Shown: piece by piece, positions 1 through 10,697 of the stretch | Position numbering within the stretch: the first letter of the stretch is position 1 | Layout of the letters: each line of letters begins with the position of its first letter | Assembly: GCA_963713605.1 (NCBI GenBank) | Contig: CAVQMO010000001.1 | Coordinates: forward strand, 160,001 to 224,000 | DNA length: 64,000 nt | Direction of reading: 5' to 3' | DNA from: an uncultured Nitrososphaerales archaeon | Lineage (GTDB): Archaea > Thermoproteota > Nitrososphaeria > Nitrososphaerales > Nitrososphaeraceae | Made by a program: the position numbers and the translations under genes | The notes under the pieces: model-generated | What the model saw: the letters and a program-made list of their open reading frames with translations, nothing else | Database searches by the model: none | What the model was told of the DNA's origin: nothing

Positions 1-439
1 TGGCGTCATTCCCAAATAGTTTATTGCGCAAATAATTAGCTGAAATACCAAGAGAATAAGTATCATCAGATTCCAAGAGTCTAAGGTAATCGCTTAATTT
101 AAGGCGACTTCCATCTAGAACATTATATACGATATCTGAAATATCTGACTTGTCGATCAAGTTCTGAGCAAACCCGGTCACTCTATTCAATATATATGAT
201 ATGTGAATTAATGATGTTATTTATTCTTTACAAACCCTAGAATTGATGATTCAACAAACGGAATACCTTTATCACAATCAACTTGCTTTCAGGTATACTT
301 CTGATACTAGGAATGAATATGAACCTTTTAAAGCTCATTCAATGGAGTGATACTTTAAATCTACTCATATGGATCAAGCCGTGAAAAATGCAAGAAAAAG
401 ATATGAGAATTGGCCTAGGAAGCTTTTGCTAGGAGACCG

Positions 440-1585
440 TTGCATAGGTTTTATATTGACATTCATAGACATAAGTCAACTAGATTGCAACAAGGTATTG
501 AAAGAGTAACCCCTGCACTCGAGAAGGCGATGGCAGGCGAAGAACTATCACATAGTGATGGAATGCAACTCATGAATGAAGAGAACCTATTCTTACTGGG
601 AGTGGTTGCAGATAATTTACGCAGGAAAAATAGCGGAAATACCGTAACATTCGTTTGTTCGTACTATCTCAATTATACGAACATCTGTGCCGCAAGTTGT
701 CCACTCTGTGCTTTTTATAGAAAGGGTCAAGAGGGAGACGCTTATACCCTTACCGTCGAGCAACTCATCGCAAGGGCCAGAATAGCAGTGAACGAATTGG
801 GAGCCACGGAGTTACACATTGTTGGAGGCTTTCATCCAAAGTTGGGACTGGATTACTATGAACGCATGATCATTTCTATTAAAAAGGAATTCCCTCATGT
901 ATGTATAAAAGCACTCACACCAGCTGAAATTTTTTTCATTTCTAAGCTAACTAGGAATTCCGTAAAGGAAGTACTGAGTAGATTGAAGGATTCTGGGCTG
1001 GACGCATTACCTGGTGGTGGCGCAGAAATTTTTCACGAGCAAACAAGAAATTTGATTGTGAGAGGGAAATGTTCAGGAGAGGAATGGCTTGATACTGCCC
1101 GCCAAGCCCACGAAATAGGCTTGAGGAGCAACTGTACGATGCTCTTTGGCCATGTTGAGAAACCTGAACACATCGTTGATCATATCATCCGCATTCGAGA
1201 GTTACACAAGAATACCAATGGCTTCACTACGTTCATCCCACTAAAATTTAGCCTAGAAAATACCGAACTTGAGAAGAACCATATGATTCAGAGAGAAAGT
1301 CCATCGACGTACGACCTAAGAGTAATAGCAGTCTCAAGGATCCTACTATCAAACGTACTGAACAATATCTCTGTATATTGGATAGCCCTTGGAAAGAAGT
1401 TAGCTCAAGTCGCGCTCCAATACGGTGGCAACGACCTAGTCGGGACAGCGTTTTCTGAGGAAATATTCAAAGCGACAGGTAAGCATAATGTAACTTCAAC
1501 AGAAGAGCTAATTAGTTTAGTTGGTGAAATTAATAGACAACCTGCGCAAAGGGATACGTTTTTCAATATTCTCAAACGTTTTTAA
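440..1585 (+). CDS. mqnE: Radical SAM CofH/MqnE family, probable aminofutalosine synthase
   Basis: CxxxCxxC (NICAASCPLCAF), ELHIVGGFHP, LPGGGAEIF; convergent with mqnD. True start may be slightly downstream (~486). Confidence 0.8.
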   Translation: MHRFYIDIHRHKSTRLQQGIERVTPALEKAMAGEELSHSDGMQLMNEENLFLLGVVADNLRRKNSGNTVTFVCSYYLNYTNICAASCPLCAFYRKGQEGDAYTLTVEQLIARARIAVNELGATELHIVGGFHPKLGLDYYERMIISIKKEFPHVCIKALTPAEIFFISKLTRNSVKEVLSRLKDSGLDALPGGGAEIFHEQTRNLIVRGKCSGEEWLDTARQAHEIGLRSNCTMLFGHVEKPEHIVDHIIRIRELHKNTNGFTTFIPLKFSLENTELEKNHMIQRESPSTYDLRVIAVSRILLSNVLNNISVYWIALGKKLAQVALQYGGNDLVGTAFSEEIFKATGKHNVTSTEELISLVGEINRQPAQRDTFFNILKRF

Positions 1586-1675
1586 CTTATTTGAGAATAT
1601 CTTTCTGTATTTTTGGACTCTTCCAATATTGGTCATGTCCTCCCTCAGGATATCATTCCTTTAAACAGAATTCAT

Positions 1676-2509
1676 CTAAACTTTGATCAAACCTGAGATA
1701 TTTTCCTTTAGGATTCCTTTATTAGACGCCAGTTCAAACATTCTCTGGATGGATGCAACACCTTCTGTTCCCATGTCTATTGTTAGCCTGTTTACGTACA
1801 TTCCTATGAATTTACCAATCACGTCTCTTGACTGACTTCTGCTATACGTCATGGCATACTCCAGTGCGTCATCAAAATGGTTAAGCCCGTAGAGGATAGA
1901 GTCCTTAAACAAGTGCTCAAATTCCTTAATCTGGAAATCTGACATTGTTTTTGAACTGGCCACGTTTATTCCAAGTGGAACTGCCAGACCATTTGTGATG
2001 TCATTCCACCAACTTCCCAGATCTAGGACCTTTAATAGACCATGTGCATCAAAAGTGATCTGCCCCTCATGAATTACCAAACCGGCATCCACTTCTCCTT
2101 CCTTTACAGCACTTGGAATCATATGAAAAGGCATCTGCATTTCAGGGTAGTTCCCTAATGCAATCCTTGAGATCAGATATGCTGAAGTCATTCTTCCAGG
2201 TATGGCAATCGTGGTATGACTGAGTTCAGGAATTGTGATTCTTTTCTTTGCAATAATCACCGGACCATAGTTAAGTCCAAAACTAGCACCACACCGTAAG
2301 ATAACGTAATTTCTCAGGTACGCATATGCGTGCGCTGAGATCGCAGTGACATCAAGTTCGTGATTCAATGCCATCTTGTTAAGGGTCTCGATATCCTCTA
2401 TAACGTGCTTGATTTCAAACGAATTACTATTCACCTTGCCTGATGCAATTCCATAAAACATGAATGCATCATCAGCGTCAGGAGTATGACCTAACCTTAA
2501 TTCAACCAC
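1676..2509 (-). CDS. mqnD: 1,4-dihydroxy-6-naphthoate synthase (MqnA/MqnD family)
   Basis: N-terminal LGHTPDADDAFMFY, DIETLN, GLVIHEGQ and LDLGSWW motifs. Confidence 0.85.
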   Translation of the reverse strand: MVELRLGHTPDADDAFMFYGIASGKVNSNSFEIKHVIEDIETLNKMALNHELDVTAISAHAYAYLRNYVILRCGASFGLNYGPVIIAKKRITIPELSHTTIAIPGRMTSAYLISRIALGNYPEMQMPFHMIPSAVKEGEVDAGLVIHEGQITFDAHGLLKVLDLGSWWNDITNGLAVPLGINVASSKTMSDFQIKEFEHLFKDSILYGLNHFDDALEYAMTYSRSQSRDVIGKFIGMYVNRLTIDMGTEGVASIQRMFELASNKGILKENISGLIKV

Positions 2510-2561
2510 ACAACGATGAGTGTATCAGAGTCTTATATGCTTCTCCTTGCGGAGATGCCAA

Positions 2562-2774
2562 ATGCTGCCTTCACCAAATGATGATGATTTTACTCTGATA
2601 GCGGAATGGGGTAATGTGACCGTCTTAACAAGAAATAGGCACCCTGCCGGCCGATTATATCGATTACGGGTCGGAAAATCCACAATTGGGGGTAATGACA
2701 CAAAAGCACTTGTCACTCCGACTCAAGCGCCGAGTTTAGAAGGTCTTAAAAAGATTGCACGAGTATACTTCTAA
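2562..2774 (+). CDS. Small hypothetical protein
   Basis: Divergent from mqnD, ATG at 2562 after an AT-rich box, plausible composition. Confidence 0.5.
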   Translation: MLPSPNDDDFTLIAEWGNVTVLTRNRHPAGRLYRLRVGKSTIGGNDTKALVTPTQAPSLEGLKKIARVYF

Positions 2775-3487
2775 CTTCAAGGTCGGTAAGGGATCCCTTC
2801 TTAATAATGTCAGCTCCAAGGTACGACTGTTAATTATGTACGTGGACTTAGTCTGTTCTACCCGTATAGCCACGACATTGCCTGTCGACAAACTCGTTAC
2901 CATAATACGAGCTTTTCTTACGAAGTGACTTCTGTAATACGGAGCCACGGTGTGTACGTATTAAAGTATGTTGGTGATACGGTTATCGGATTTTAGACCG
3001 GATCATTGCTTGTATGAACTCAATTAAATGTGCTCGATCCGTCCTGAGTACGATTAAGAAGGGAATTAATCCAATAAATCAATATGATTAGCCTAAGTCG
3101 AGCGGAAGAATAGGAATTGACGAAGGATAGAATGTGGTTGTATTATATGGATAAGACAAGGGTTCGTCAGTCAATATCATGGGCAGAAGCATATCCTCCA
3201 AGATAACTTCCATCAGGAAGCCGATCAAATTACAGTTGGTGAGGACGTGTATTTTGCGTTTGACCCTCCTTTGAGAAAAAGGTCTTCTGTACATCACAGG
3301 TTGACGAGTGGAAGTATACAAATAGAACAGCAGGGGTAGCTATACAAGCTCTTTTCTTAGTCCTAACCATAAGTAATAGCCGATGGGACTGTATGAGTAG
3401 ATTCAGAGTTAATCAATTAGAGTTAATTCCCAATTGGCACAATTGAATTATAAGTATCTGCAGTAAGATAATAGCCTTGAACTCGTA

Positions 3488-4348
3488 ATGAGGTTGCCTT
3501 TCAAGGGTACTAACAATAGTAATATTCAAGAAATAAATTCTGTCTTCTCTCGCGTCGGAGAGTGTTTCATACGCTCTATATCTCCCAAGATCTCTATGCA
3601 TGAGATAAACGTTATGCTCGCAGATGGTACTGTGACACAGTCACCTACATTCGATATTGGAAAAGTTTCGAAATTCTACGAACACTTGATAGGATCTCTA
3701 TCTGGTTGGCAAAGTTCTGGCATATCAAGGTCCAAAATCGAGGATTTGAATAGGATTTATTGCGAATTTAGGAAATCTGTGGGCAAGTATGATGTCAGAG
3801 GGTATTTTGGAATTCAGTTTCATACTCTACCTTATTATCAGGTAAATAAAAAAGTGCTAGACATACAGAGAAATCTCAGACAATTAGAAGATAAAGGCAT
3901 CCAAGATTATTCTCAGATATCACAGCAAGCGAATAAGATGATAGAGGAAGAATTGTCATTTAGGGGGCTCGCGAAAATGAGTGAGGAAGAATTATTTAAG
4001 AACCTACTTGAAAATGAAGGGCTCTATGGTGATTTAGTGAAGAAGGTCGAGTCGATTGAGAGTGGATTCCCCCAATCCCTTGACATTGACTATCAAAAGA
4101 AGTTACTTTTCAAAGAATTGGAGAACCTCGTGATAGAACTATATCAGGTTTCTCCGGTTTTGATTGATTACAATAAATTAATGCAGGGCGAAGTTGGAGT
4201 TGCCATGTACGTGGACGTTGGGACCATTAAGAATGAAAAAACGGGAGCAATTGATTCTTTCGTAAATACTAAACGGTTGCCTTCAGTCCACTCGGAACAG
4301 ATCATTTCTGCGCTTCTAGAGGTTCAAGATGCGATGGATCGAATATGA
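3488..4348 (+). CDS. Hypothetical protein with coiled-coil middle
   Basis: 286-aa uninterrupted ORF. Confidence 0.7.
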   Translation: MRLPFKGTNNSNIQEINSVFSRVGECFIRSISPKISMHEINVMLADGTVTQSPTFDIGKVSKFYEHLIGSLSGWQSSGISRSKIEDLNRIYCEFRKSVGKYDVRGYFGIQFHTLPYYQVNKKVLDIQRNLRQLEDKGIQDYSQISQQANKMIEEELSFRGLAKMSEEELFKNLLENEGLYGDLVKKVESIESGFPQSLDIDYQKKLLFKELENLVIELYQVSPVLIDYNKLMQGEVGVAMYVDVGTIKNEKTGAIDSFVNTKRLPSVHSEQIISALLEVQDAMDRI

Positions 4349-4581
4349 CACGCTTTCTTCATGTTAATTGTATTGCATAAAATTGGTATTGCTCTAGATT
4401 CAGAAATTAATATGCAGGTAACAACTCATATTAAAATGACCAATTTGACATGAACAGGACCATTAAGATGGTGTCCTTCGGTACTTTTAGTGTGCACTTT
4501 AGAGCTTGCGGATATCGATATACGGATCAGGTAAGCAACTTCAATATAGGTAAAGGAGCCCAATGAATATTCTCAGAGAAG

Positions 4582-5568
4582 ATGCTTAAAGATATAATAA
4601 AGGATCGAATCGACTCGAAAAAACCGCGGGAAGAAGGGCTAACTTACATGATAGACAGGCTACCTAACATAGATAGCGAAGGTATTGAAACCCTTTCACC
4701 GATAGTAGATATGGTGAAGATCTATGGAGCATATCCGCTTTTGATTCCTGAGATTATTCTCGAAAAGAAAATAGGGATTTATCACAAACATGGCGTTCAA
4801 GTGTCGCTGGGAAGTACAATGACCGAGTATGCGATAATCGAAAATGTATTTGAGAGGTTCGTATCTGAGGCTGCTAGAATGGGCATTGACGTAATAGAAA
4901 TAAGTGAAAACAATCGTGATTTGAGTTTTGACGAAAAAGAGAAGATCGTCAAGACTATTGAATCAAAAGATATGCGGTACCTGTGGAAAATCGGAAGAAA
5001 GGATCCTAGGCACCAATTGAGCGTTGAACAGATTCTTTCAAGAACTGAACAAAGTATTAAGCTCGGTAGTAACAAGGTTATACTCGAGGCAAATGAAGGG
5101 ATAGGTGTAGGAATTTTCGATGAACGTGGCGCAGTGAGATGGCACATTATGGGTGCACTCACATCAAAATTTCCCCCAAGTGCGTTCGTTTTTGAAGCCC
5201 CGCTTGAATCGCAGCAATCAGCTCTTATAGCTGAGTTTGGACAACGCGTAAACTTGGCAGAAATTAGGCCAGACTTGCTCATGTCTGTCGAAACACAACG
5301 AAGAGGTTTAATGTCAAAAGCAGCGTACGGAGTCTCCTACTTTCGAAAGGATCCAGAAGGCGGTCCTGCGTCCAAATTTGTTTACTACATAATCAAAACC
5401 AAATACCCTGTAGAACAGAGTGAATTAATACGAATTAGCCATTTACCTAGGAGAACAATTCAAAATGCCATTGAAGATCTTAAGGAGCAAGGATTAGTTT
5501 TAGAGAAAAATAGCCTAGATGACACGCGACGAAAGGCCTATTATCCAGTACTTTCTGAATGGCTCTAA
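4582..5568 (+). CDS. comA: Phosphosulfolactate synthase (ComA)-like protein with C-terminal winged HTH
   Basis: KKPREEGLT, VILEANE and FEAPLESQQ motifs; tail LIRISHLPRRTIQNAIEDLKEQGLV...DTRRKAY is wHTH-like. Confidence 0.8.
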   Translation: MLKDIIKDRIDSKKPREEGLTYMIDRLPNIDSEGIETLSPIVDMVKIYGAYPLLIPEIILEKKIGIYHKHGVQVSLGSTMTEYAIIENVFERFVSEAARMGIDVIEISENNRDLSFDEKEKIVKTIESKDMRYLWKIGRKDPRHQLSVEQILSRTEQSIKLGSNKVILEANEGIGVGIFDERGAVRWHIMGALTSKFPPSAFVFEAPLESQQSALIAEFGQRVNLAEIRPDLLMSVETQRRGLMSKAAYGVSYFRKDPEGGPASKFVYYIIKTKYPVEQSELIRISHLPRRTIQNAIEDLKEQGLVLEKNSLDDTRRKAYYPVLSEWL

Positions 5569-5831
5569 TTTTTTCAGTTGTTATAGACAGCATTTGGTTC
5601 ACATGGGTATTGGGACTGGACTGGATGTCAATCATATTGATATGACACACGATACTTAACTGCCTTAGCGGTGAACAGTGTTTGATTTTATCAGCCTCAA
5701 AATTGTCCCACCACGGCTTATACTTCCTAAAACTTAATTGTGTGATAGCTGCCTCACTACAAAATCTATAAGTTTTTAAATCTCACCGATAAAAATTAGA
5801 AGGAGAAAGGTACGTAAGCAGGCGAATATTT

Positions 5832-7025
5832 GTGACCAAACAGGAAGAAACCACTACTGAACGGAAACTTGAACCCAGTGATGAGACGTTAAGATTGCCA
5901 ACATCCAATCAAGGTCAACTTACTACCGAACCGGATTCGTCTCTAGATTTCGCCCGGGAACTCGTAGACTATTCCAAGCGTTTGGAAGCGTGTCGAAAAA
6001 CGCTCCATCTGGCTGGTAAGACAATCAAAGTAGGGACAACACCTAATGAGATACTCCATGAAACGAGAAACTATACTCTCTTGCACTATATGCCTATGAC
6101 AAACAAGACTTTTCCAACTCCCATACTGATCGTATACGCCCTTATGAATAAATCGTATATTCTTGATCTCCAACCAGGAAAAAGTTGGATCCAAAATCTT
6201 CTTCGCCAAGGTTTTGATGTGTATCTGATTAATTGGAACGCTCCAACAACTATAGATAAATACATTTCTTTCGATGATTATGTAAATTACTACTTAGACC
6301 AGTGTGTTGAAATTGTAAAGAAAAAAAGAAACGTAGGAAAAGTAACTTTACACGGTTATTGTCTTGGTGCAACGATGTCCGTAATGTATACAGCAACACA
6401 CCAGGAGAAAGTTAGAAATCTAGCGACTATTGCCCCGATAATAGATGCCGATCAAGACTCAACAGTCCTCGCAAATTTTGCCAAGAATATTGATGTCGAC
6501 AAACTTGTAGATACTTTAGGGAATTTTACATCTGAACAACTTTATAGTTGCTATTCGATCCTTAAACCCTTTAAACAGGGGGTGAACAAATACATCAACC
6601 TAGTGCAAAATATCGACAATAAAAAGTTCGTAGAGAATTTCCTAGGAGTTGAGAAATGGCTTTATGATACTCCCCCTATTGCAGGTGAAACATTTAGGCA
6701 GTGGATAAAAGACATATACCAAAACAACTTGCTTGCAAAAAACGAAATGCGAATAAAAGAAATATCAGGTATGAACAATCATGCAGCAGATGATCATAAC
6801 ATTTTAGATCTTTCCAAGATTTCAGTACCACTACTAAATATAGTCGCTGAAGAGGACCACTTAGTTGCGCCGGCATCCAGCTCTGCATTGAATGACTTGG
6901 TATCGAGTAAAGATAAGCGTTTGATGAGATTCCATACTGGTCATGTGGGGCTTATCGCGAGCAGCTATTCTCAAAATAACGTTTTGCCTAAAGTAGGGCA
7001 ATGGATAAAATCTAGATCCCAATAA
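5832..7025 (+). CDS. phaC: Class III polyhydroxyalkanoate synthase subunit PhaC
   Basis: PILIVYALMNKSYILDLQP, lipase-box GYCLG, EEDHLV, TGHVGL. Confidence 0.88.
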   Translation: MTKQEETTTERKLEPSDETLRLPTSNQGQLTTEPDSSLDFARELVDYSKRLEACRKTLHLAGKTIKVGTTPNEILHETRNYTLLHYMPMTNKTFPTPILIVYALMNKSYILDLQPGKSWIQNLLRQGFDVYLINWNAPTTIDKYISFDDYVNYYLDQCVEIVKKKRNVGKVTLHGYCLGATMSVMYTATHQEKVRNLATIAPIIDADQDSTVLANFAKNIDVDKLVDTLGNFTSEQLYSCYSILKPFKQGVNKYINLVQNIDNKKFVENFLGVEKWLYDTPPIAGETFRQWIKDIYQNNLLAKNEMRIKEISGMNNHAADDHNILDLSKISVPLLNIVAEEDHLVAPASSSALNDLVSSKDKRLMRFHTGHVGLIASSYSQNNVLPKVGQWIKSRSQ

Positions 7026-7334
7026 TCCATGGCCCAATAGAAGTGGCAATAGCAGTAATGAGCCAGATGAACGTTTTTCCTTGCATGAATTCTTGCGATG
7101 GGACTTAAACATACCAACCAACTCGTTGCAAGGAAGGATAAGAGGTTGTTCGCTTCTCATGAACATCGTACCGTTCTTCTTGGTTTCTATGCCTCGGTAC
7201 TTTGAAATTGTAAGTTTAATGGAGAAAATGCAGAGTTGCATCCGCTAGGCAGAACTTTGGAATGTCCAGTAAATATCACAAGCGGGCCCGTGCACCGCTC
7301 GCTTATTAGGCAGCCCCCATTATCCGATAGGACA

Positions 7335-7739
7335 ATGATGAAATCCAGAACGATGAATACCTCGATAAATAGCAATCCTCAAATAGTTTATGACTTCGTC
7401 TCAAACTTGGAAAACCTGCCTAGGTGGGCTTCTAGCACCTTTCCATCCATAAAGGAAGTGAATGGGGAATGGGTCATAGACACTCCGCAAGGACAGAATA
7501 AAGTCATGCTTGCGGAAAGAAATAACTTTGGAATTTTAGACCACCATGTGAAGTTGACTTCTGGGGTAGAGATATACGTTCCTATGCGTGTGGTGAGAAA
7601 TGGGAATGGGAGCGAGGTAATGTTGACGGTGTTTCAGGCACCGGAGATGACAGACAATGGATATGCCAAAGATGTAGAAACGGTCGAAAAGGATCTGAAT
7701 CACTTGAAGGCAATTATCGAAGAGTTAGAACAAAGCTAG
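7335..7739 (+). CDS. SRPBCC/polyketide cyclase-like protein
   Basis: VYDFVSNLENLPRWA, FGILDHHV, VPMRVVRNGNGSEV; start reassigned to ATG 7335. Confidence 0.75.
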   Translation: MMKSRTMNTSINSNPQIVYDFVSNLENLPRWASSTFPSIKEVNGEWVIDTPQGQNKVMLAERNNFGILDHHVKLTSGVEIYVPMRVVRNGNGSEVMLTVFQAPEMTDNGYAKDVETVEKDLNHLKAIIEELEQS

Positions 7740-7759
7740 CTGGGAGTAGTCCCATCACA

Positions 7760-8136
7760 ATGACAGAGATGTCAAAAAGTGAACTTAATAGATTTCTAAG
7801 TCTAGGGAACGGAAACTAGTTCAGTTAAGGGAAAAAATATCTCGCGTGATCCAAGAGTGTGTATTTGCACACATTGCAGAATTGCAGTATGCATTTGCCA
7901 CAATATTTGGCGAAGCCGAGAGTTTCAGGCGATATCGAGAGAGTCCAAGTATAGAAGACAAGAACATACTAGATGAATCCAGGGATTTTCTACATTGGAT
8001 GAGAAAAATATCTGCAAGATATGTAGGATCAGAAAAGGCAGACATGTATGCCAAAAGGAATACTACTGACGGAGCAGTACGATATAAGATGAAGCCAAGA
8101 CGAGTAGTTTCCGAGAAAATTATTGCAGATTGGTGA
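7760..8136 (+). pseudogene. PPOX-class (pyridoxamine 5'-phosphate oxidase-like, F420-dependent) protein, internally deleted and frameshifted
   Basis: Three frames give MTEMSKSELNRFLSLG / ETSSVKGKNISRDPRVCIC / YAFATIFGEAE...RYVGSEKADMYAKRN. Confidence 0.65.
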
Positions 8137-8384
8137 CTTTGAAAGAAAAGACTTCTGATGGTTTGCTGTTAGCGTCCTCACTAAGACTCATTGAAGTCTT
8201 CAATCGTCTTCTAACTCTCCGAATAACTGCAGACATCGTAGGCCTTTCTTGGTGATTTCGTAAGTATGTAAAACGTCGGGTAATATTTAGTGCCCCCAAT
8301 TAATCTCCCATACATCCATCTAGTCGTCAGATGAATTGCATTTAGAACCGTAGAGATAAATAAGGAGGTCGACAAATAATTGAT

Positions 8385-8495
8385 ATGGTAAGTCCAGCAA
8401 CTACAAGGGCAATTGGCGCAATTTTGTTACCACTGGCTATGGTTGGCGTCCGAGAATTGATGAAAAGATTTGGGCCTAGGTTATCAAAAAGATAA
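8385..8495 (+). CDS. Small 36-aa hydrophobic/basic peptide
   Basis: MVSPATTRAIGAILLPLAMVGVRELMKRFGPRLSKR; TAAGGAGG upstream at 8361-8368. Confidence 0.4.
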   Translation: MVSPATTRAIGAILLPLAMVGVRELMKRFGPRLSKR

Positions 8496-8644
8496 ACAGG
8501 TATGGCGCTTCTCAAATTGTAAGCGAATCTGATTTATTATTACTAAGCCGTTGCTTGTTCACAAGATATGAGGAATGATTTACATGATTCAATTTTTTAG
8601 GGTATAGGTAATTTCATTTTTTATTTAAAACTAGAAATTTTATG

Positions 8645-8975
8645 TTACACTTCCGATATGAAATGGGTAGTCCTAAATAACCAAATACAGTTAAAATCAG
8701 TTTCTTTCCTATGCGCGTAGGTTGACGGTTTTACCTTCTTAACATCTTTCAAGTATGATATGTGCGATATGATTTTGGATTCGATAACCAAAGGCTTAGT
8801 GTCCAGCAATGCGCGTAAGTCTTGGTTCTTTGCTGTCTCGTTAAGAAAAATCTGGAATGCGACGCGATATGTGTCTCTCGTATATTGAGATTTTACGCCT
8901 TCTGTAAATTGGTATCGTTTTGTTGTGTATAACGCTCTGAAGGTGATATAGACTATCCATCATCCACTGCCAACG
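8645..8975 (-). pseudogene. Tyrosine integrase N-terminal fragment
   Basis: QFTEGVKSQYTRDTYRVAFQIFL...LLDTKPLVIESKIISHISYLKDVKK resembles N-terminal domains of Nitrososphaera-type integrases; no catalytic domain. Confidence 0.55.
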
Positions 8976-9034
8976 TAATGTATTCTCGACTTACAAATTA
9001 TTTATGTGCAGTAAATGCTTCACACTAACCTTTT
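8918..9034. repeat. Diverged direct repeat, copy 1 (pairs with 12677-12773)
   Basis: Shared blocks TAACGCTCTGAAGGTGA, CCAACGTAATGTA, CTTCACACTAACCTTTT. Confidence 0.85.
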
Positions 9035-9182
9035 ACTGTATAGCATTTGCATCCTCTTAAATTCCTAGGCACAAGTTCAAACTTCAACTTTCGTTCTTCG
9101 ATTTAGCGGGATACGTGAACTCCCTGAGCTCCTGATGCACGGATTCGCTTACTAGGCCCTATAAGAGAGGTTACGAAAACCG

Positions 9183-9211
9183 TGATTTTAGCTATTATCA
9201 AGCTAAAATCA
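9183..9211. repeat. Perfect inverted repeat, 11-bp arms with 7-bp spacer
   Basis: TGATTTTAGCT-ATTATCA-AGCTAAAATCA. Confidence 0.85.
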
Positions 9212-9517
9212 AGTGCAGCCTGGTCTAGTATATGCAATTTGATCCAATAAAAGTAAGTATACTTTCTATAGGTAACTGCTGCATACTTTGCATTTGAGAT
9301 CAGTCTGAGCTCTGCTTAGATCTATTTAAAGTAGTTAATGGGTATCGGTTAGAGGATTCAGTTTTTGCTTAGGCTGTGAAACTTGGCTATGACTTGACGG
9401 GCCTGTTCTTCTGTCCTGACCTGCTGTGCTTTCATTGCCAAAGACCTGTTGTCATCCATGGGCCTTTTTTAGACAACATTGTATTTATCTGATTTAGATA
9501 GTCAATTACTAGTCAAA

Positions 9518-9740
9518 TCATATCATAGGGAATTGTAGACTCATGCGGAAGGCATCAAACAGGTCATCGTGTGTGAAGTGTCCCCTCTCCCCTCTCAACT
9601 GCAGTCCTTAATGCAGTGATGAGTTCGGTATGCTCAGGGCCAATGGCCACTACTCCACTGCCATACTCCATCAATTTCTTGGCGTATGCCAGCATGTTCT
9701 TGTGTTCTTTTGAGAAATGATAGGAACCAGAAAGTTCAGG
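9518..9740 (-). pseudogene. Terminase large subunit-like C-terminal nuclease fragment
   Basis: HFSKEHKNMLAYAKKLMEYGSGVVAIGPEHTELITALRTAVERGEG, then after a shift HDDLFDAFRMSLQF (HDDxxDA motif). Confidence 0.55.
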
Positions 9741-9986
9741 TCAACAAATGACTAGTTGCGATAGATGTACTAGTGCTGAATCAGTCATGTGTCTTAGCGA
9801 CCTTAGTGTAGAATACTATGTGAAATGATTTACATAAACTATAGGTGATTAATCAGATTTATGTGGGAAACCTTTTTCACCGAATCCATATAAGTCAATT
9901 TTTCATCTATTTGCCGCTGAAGTTATTGTTCGGGAATAAAACCAAAGGACTTCTGGTGCTATCCACGTCAACTCCCCCCGTCATCT

Positions 9987-10697
9987 GGTGACACAGGTCC
10001 AGAAGGTCCTCAAGGGTTGACTGGATCAGCAGGACCTCAAGGGTTGACTGGACCTAAAGGTGATACTGGTGACACAGGTCCAGAAGGTCCTCAAGGGTTG
10101 ACTGGTCCACAAGGCGATGTTGGTCCACAAGGTCAGCAGGGATTAATAGGTCCAGGGGGTCCTCAAGGGTTAACTGGTGAACAAGGGCTTCAAGGAGTAC
10201 AAGGACCTCAAGGAGCAGCGGGAGCGACAGGAGCTCAAGGACTACCAGGACCTCAGGGTATAGAAGGACAGCCAGGACCCACTGGACCTCAGGGAGTAAC
10301 AGGAGCAACAGGACTGGCAGGGCCAGCAGGACCGGTCGGCCCGGTAGGAGTAACTGGAGCAACAGGACCGGCAGGGCCAGCAGGACCGGCAGGGCCAGAA
10401 AAAGTACTACAAGTAAGAAGTGTTTATGGCCCTAATCTAGAAGTGCCAGCAGGACAGCTTGGAATCCAAGATGTGTTCTGCGCAACAGATGAATTTGCAA
10501 CTGGGGGAAGTTATTTTTCAAGTGGGGGTGGAAACGTAGAAAATGAATTTAAGAATGATTTCGGGAGAGGCATCGACCCTGATCTAATAGGATCGTCAGG
10601 CAGCCATGGTTGGCGAATAGTATACGCTAACCCTGGTGACAACCCAGTTACTATAAAAGGGGTCGTAGAATGTGCAAAGTTAGTCGACGCACCCTAA
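9987..10697 (+). CDS. Collagen-like (Gly-X-Y) protein with C-terminal Cys-containing domain, probably 5'-truncated
   Basis: Over 40 GXY triplets starting at ~9987 with no ATG or signal peptide; duplicated DNA 9985-10024 / 10066-10105. Confidence 0.8.
   Translation, partial: GDTGPEGPQGLTGSAGPQGLTGPKGDTGDTGPEGPQGLTGPQGDVGPQGQQGLIGPGGPQGLTGEQGLQGVQGPQGAAGATGAQGLPGPQGIEGQPGPTGPQGVTGATGLAGPAGPVGPVGVTGATGPAGPAGPAGPEKVLQVRSVYGPNLEVPAGQLGIQDVFCATDEFATGGSYFSSGGGNVENEFKNDFGRGIDPDLIGSSGSHGWRIVYANPGDNPVTIKGVVECAKLVDAP

Noticed and set aside
2736..3601. Short minus-strand ORFs between mqnD and the 3488 gene
   Set aside because: No recognisable motifs; probably spurious or heavily decayed.
10054..10362. 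Leu-rich antisense ORF
   Set aside because: Shadow of the collagen GXY repeats.
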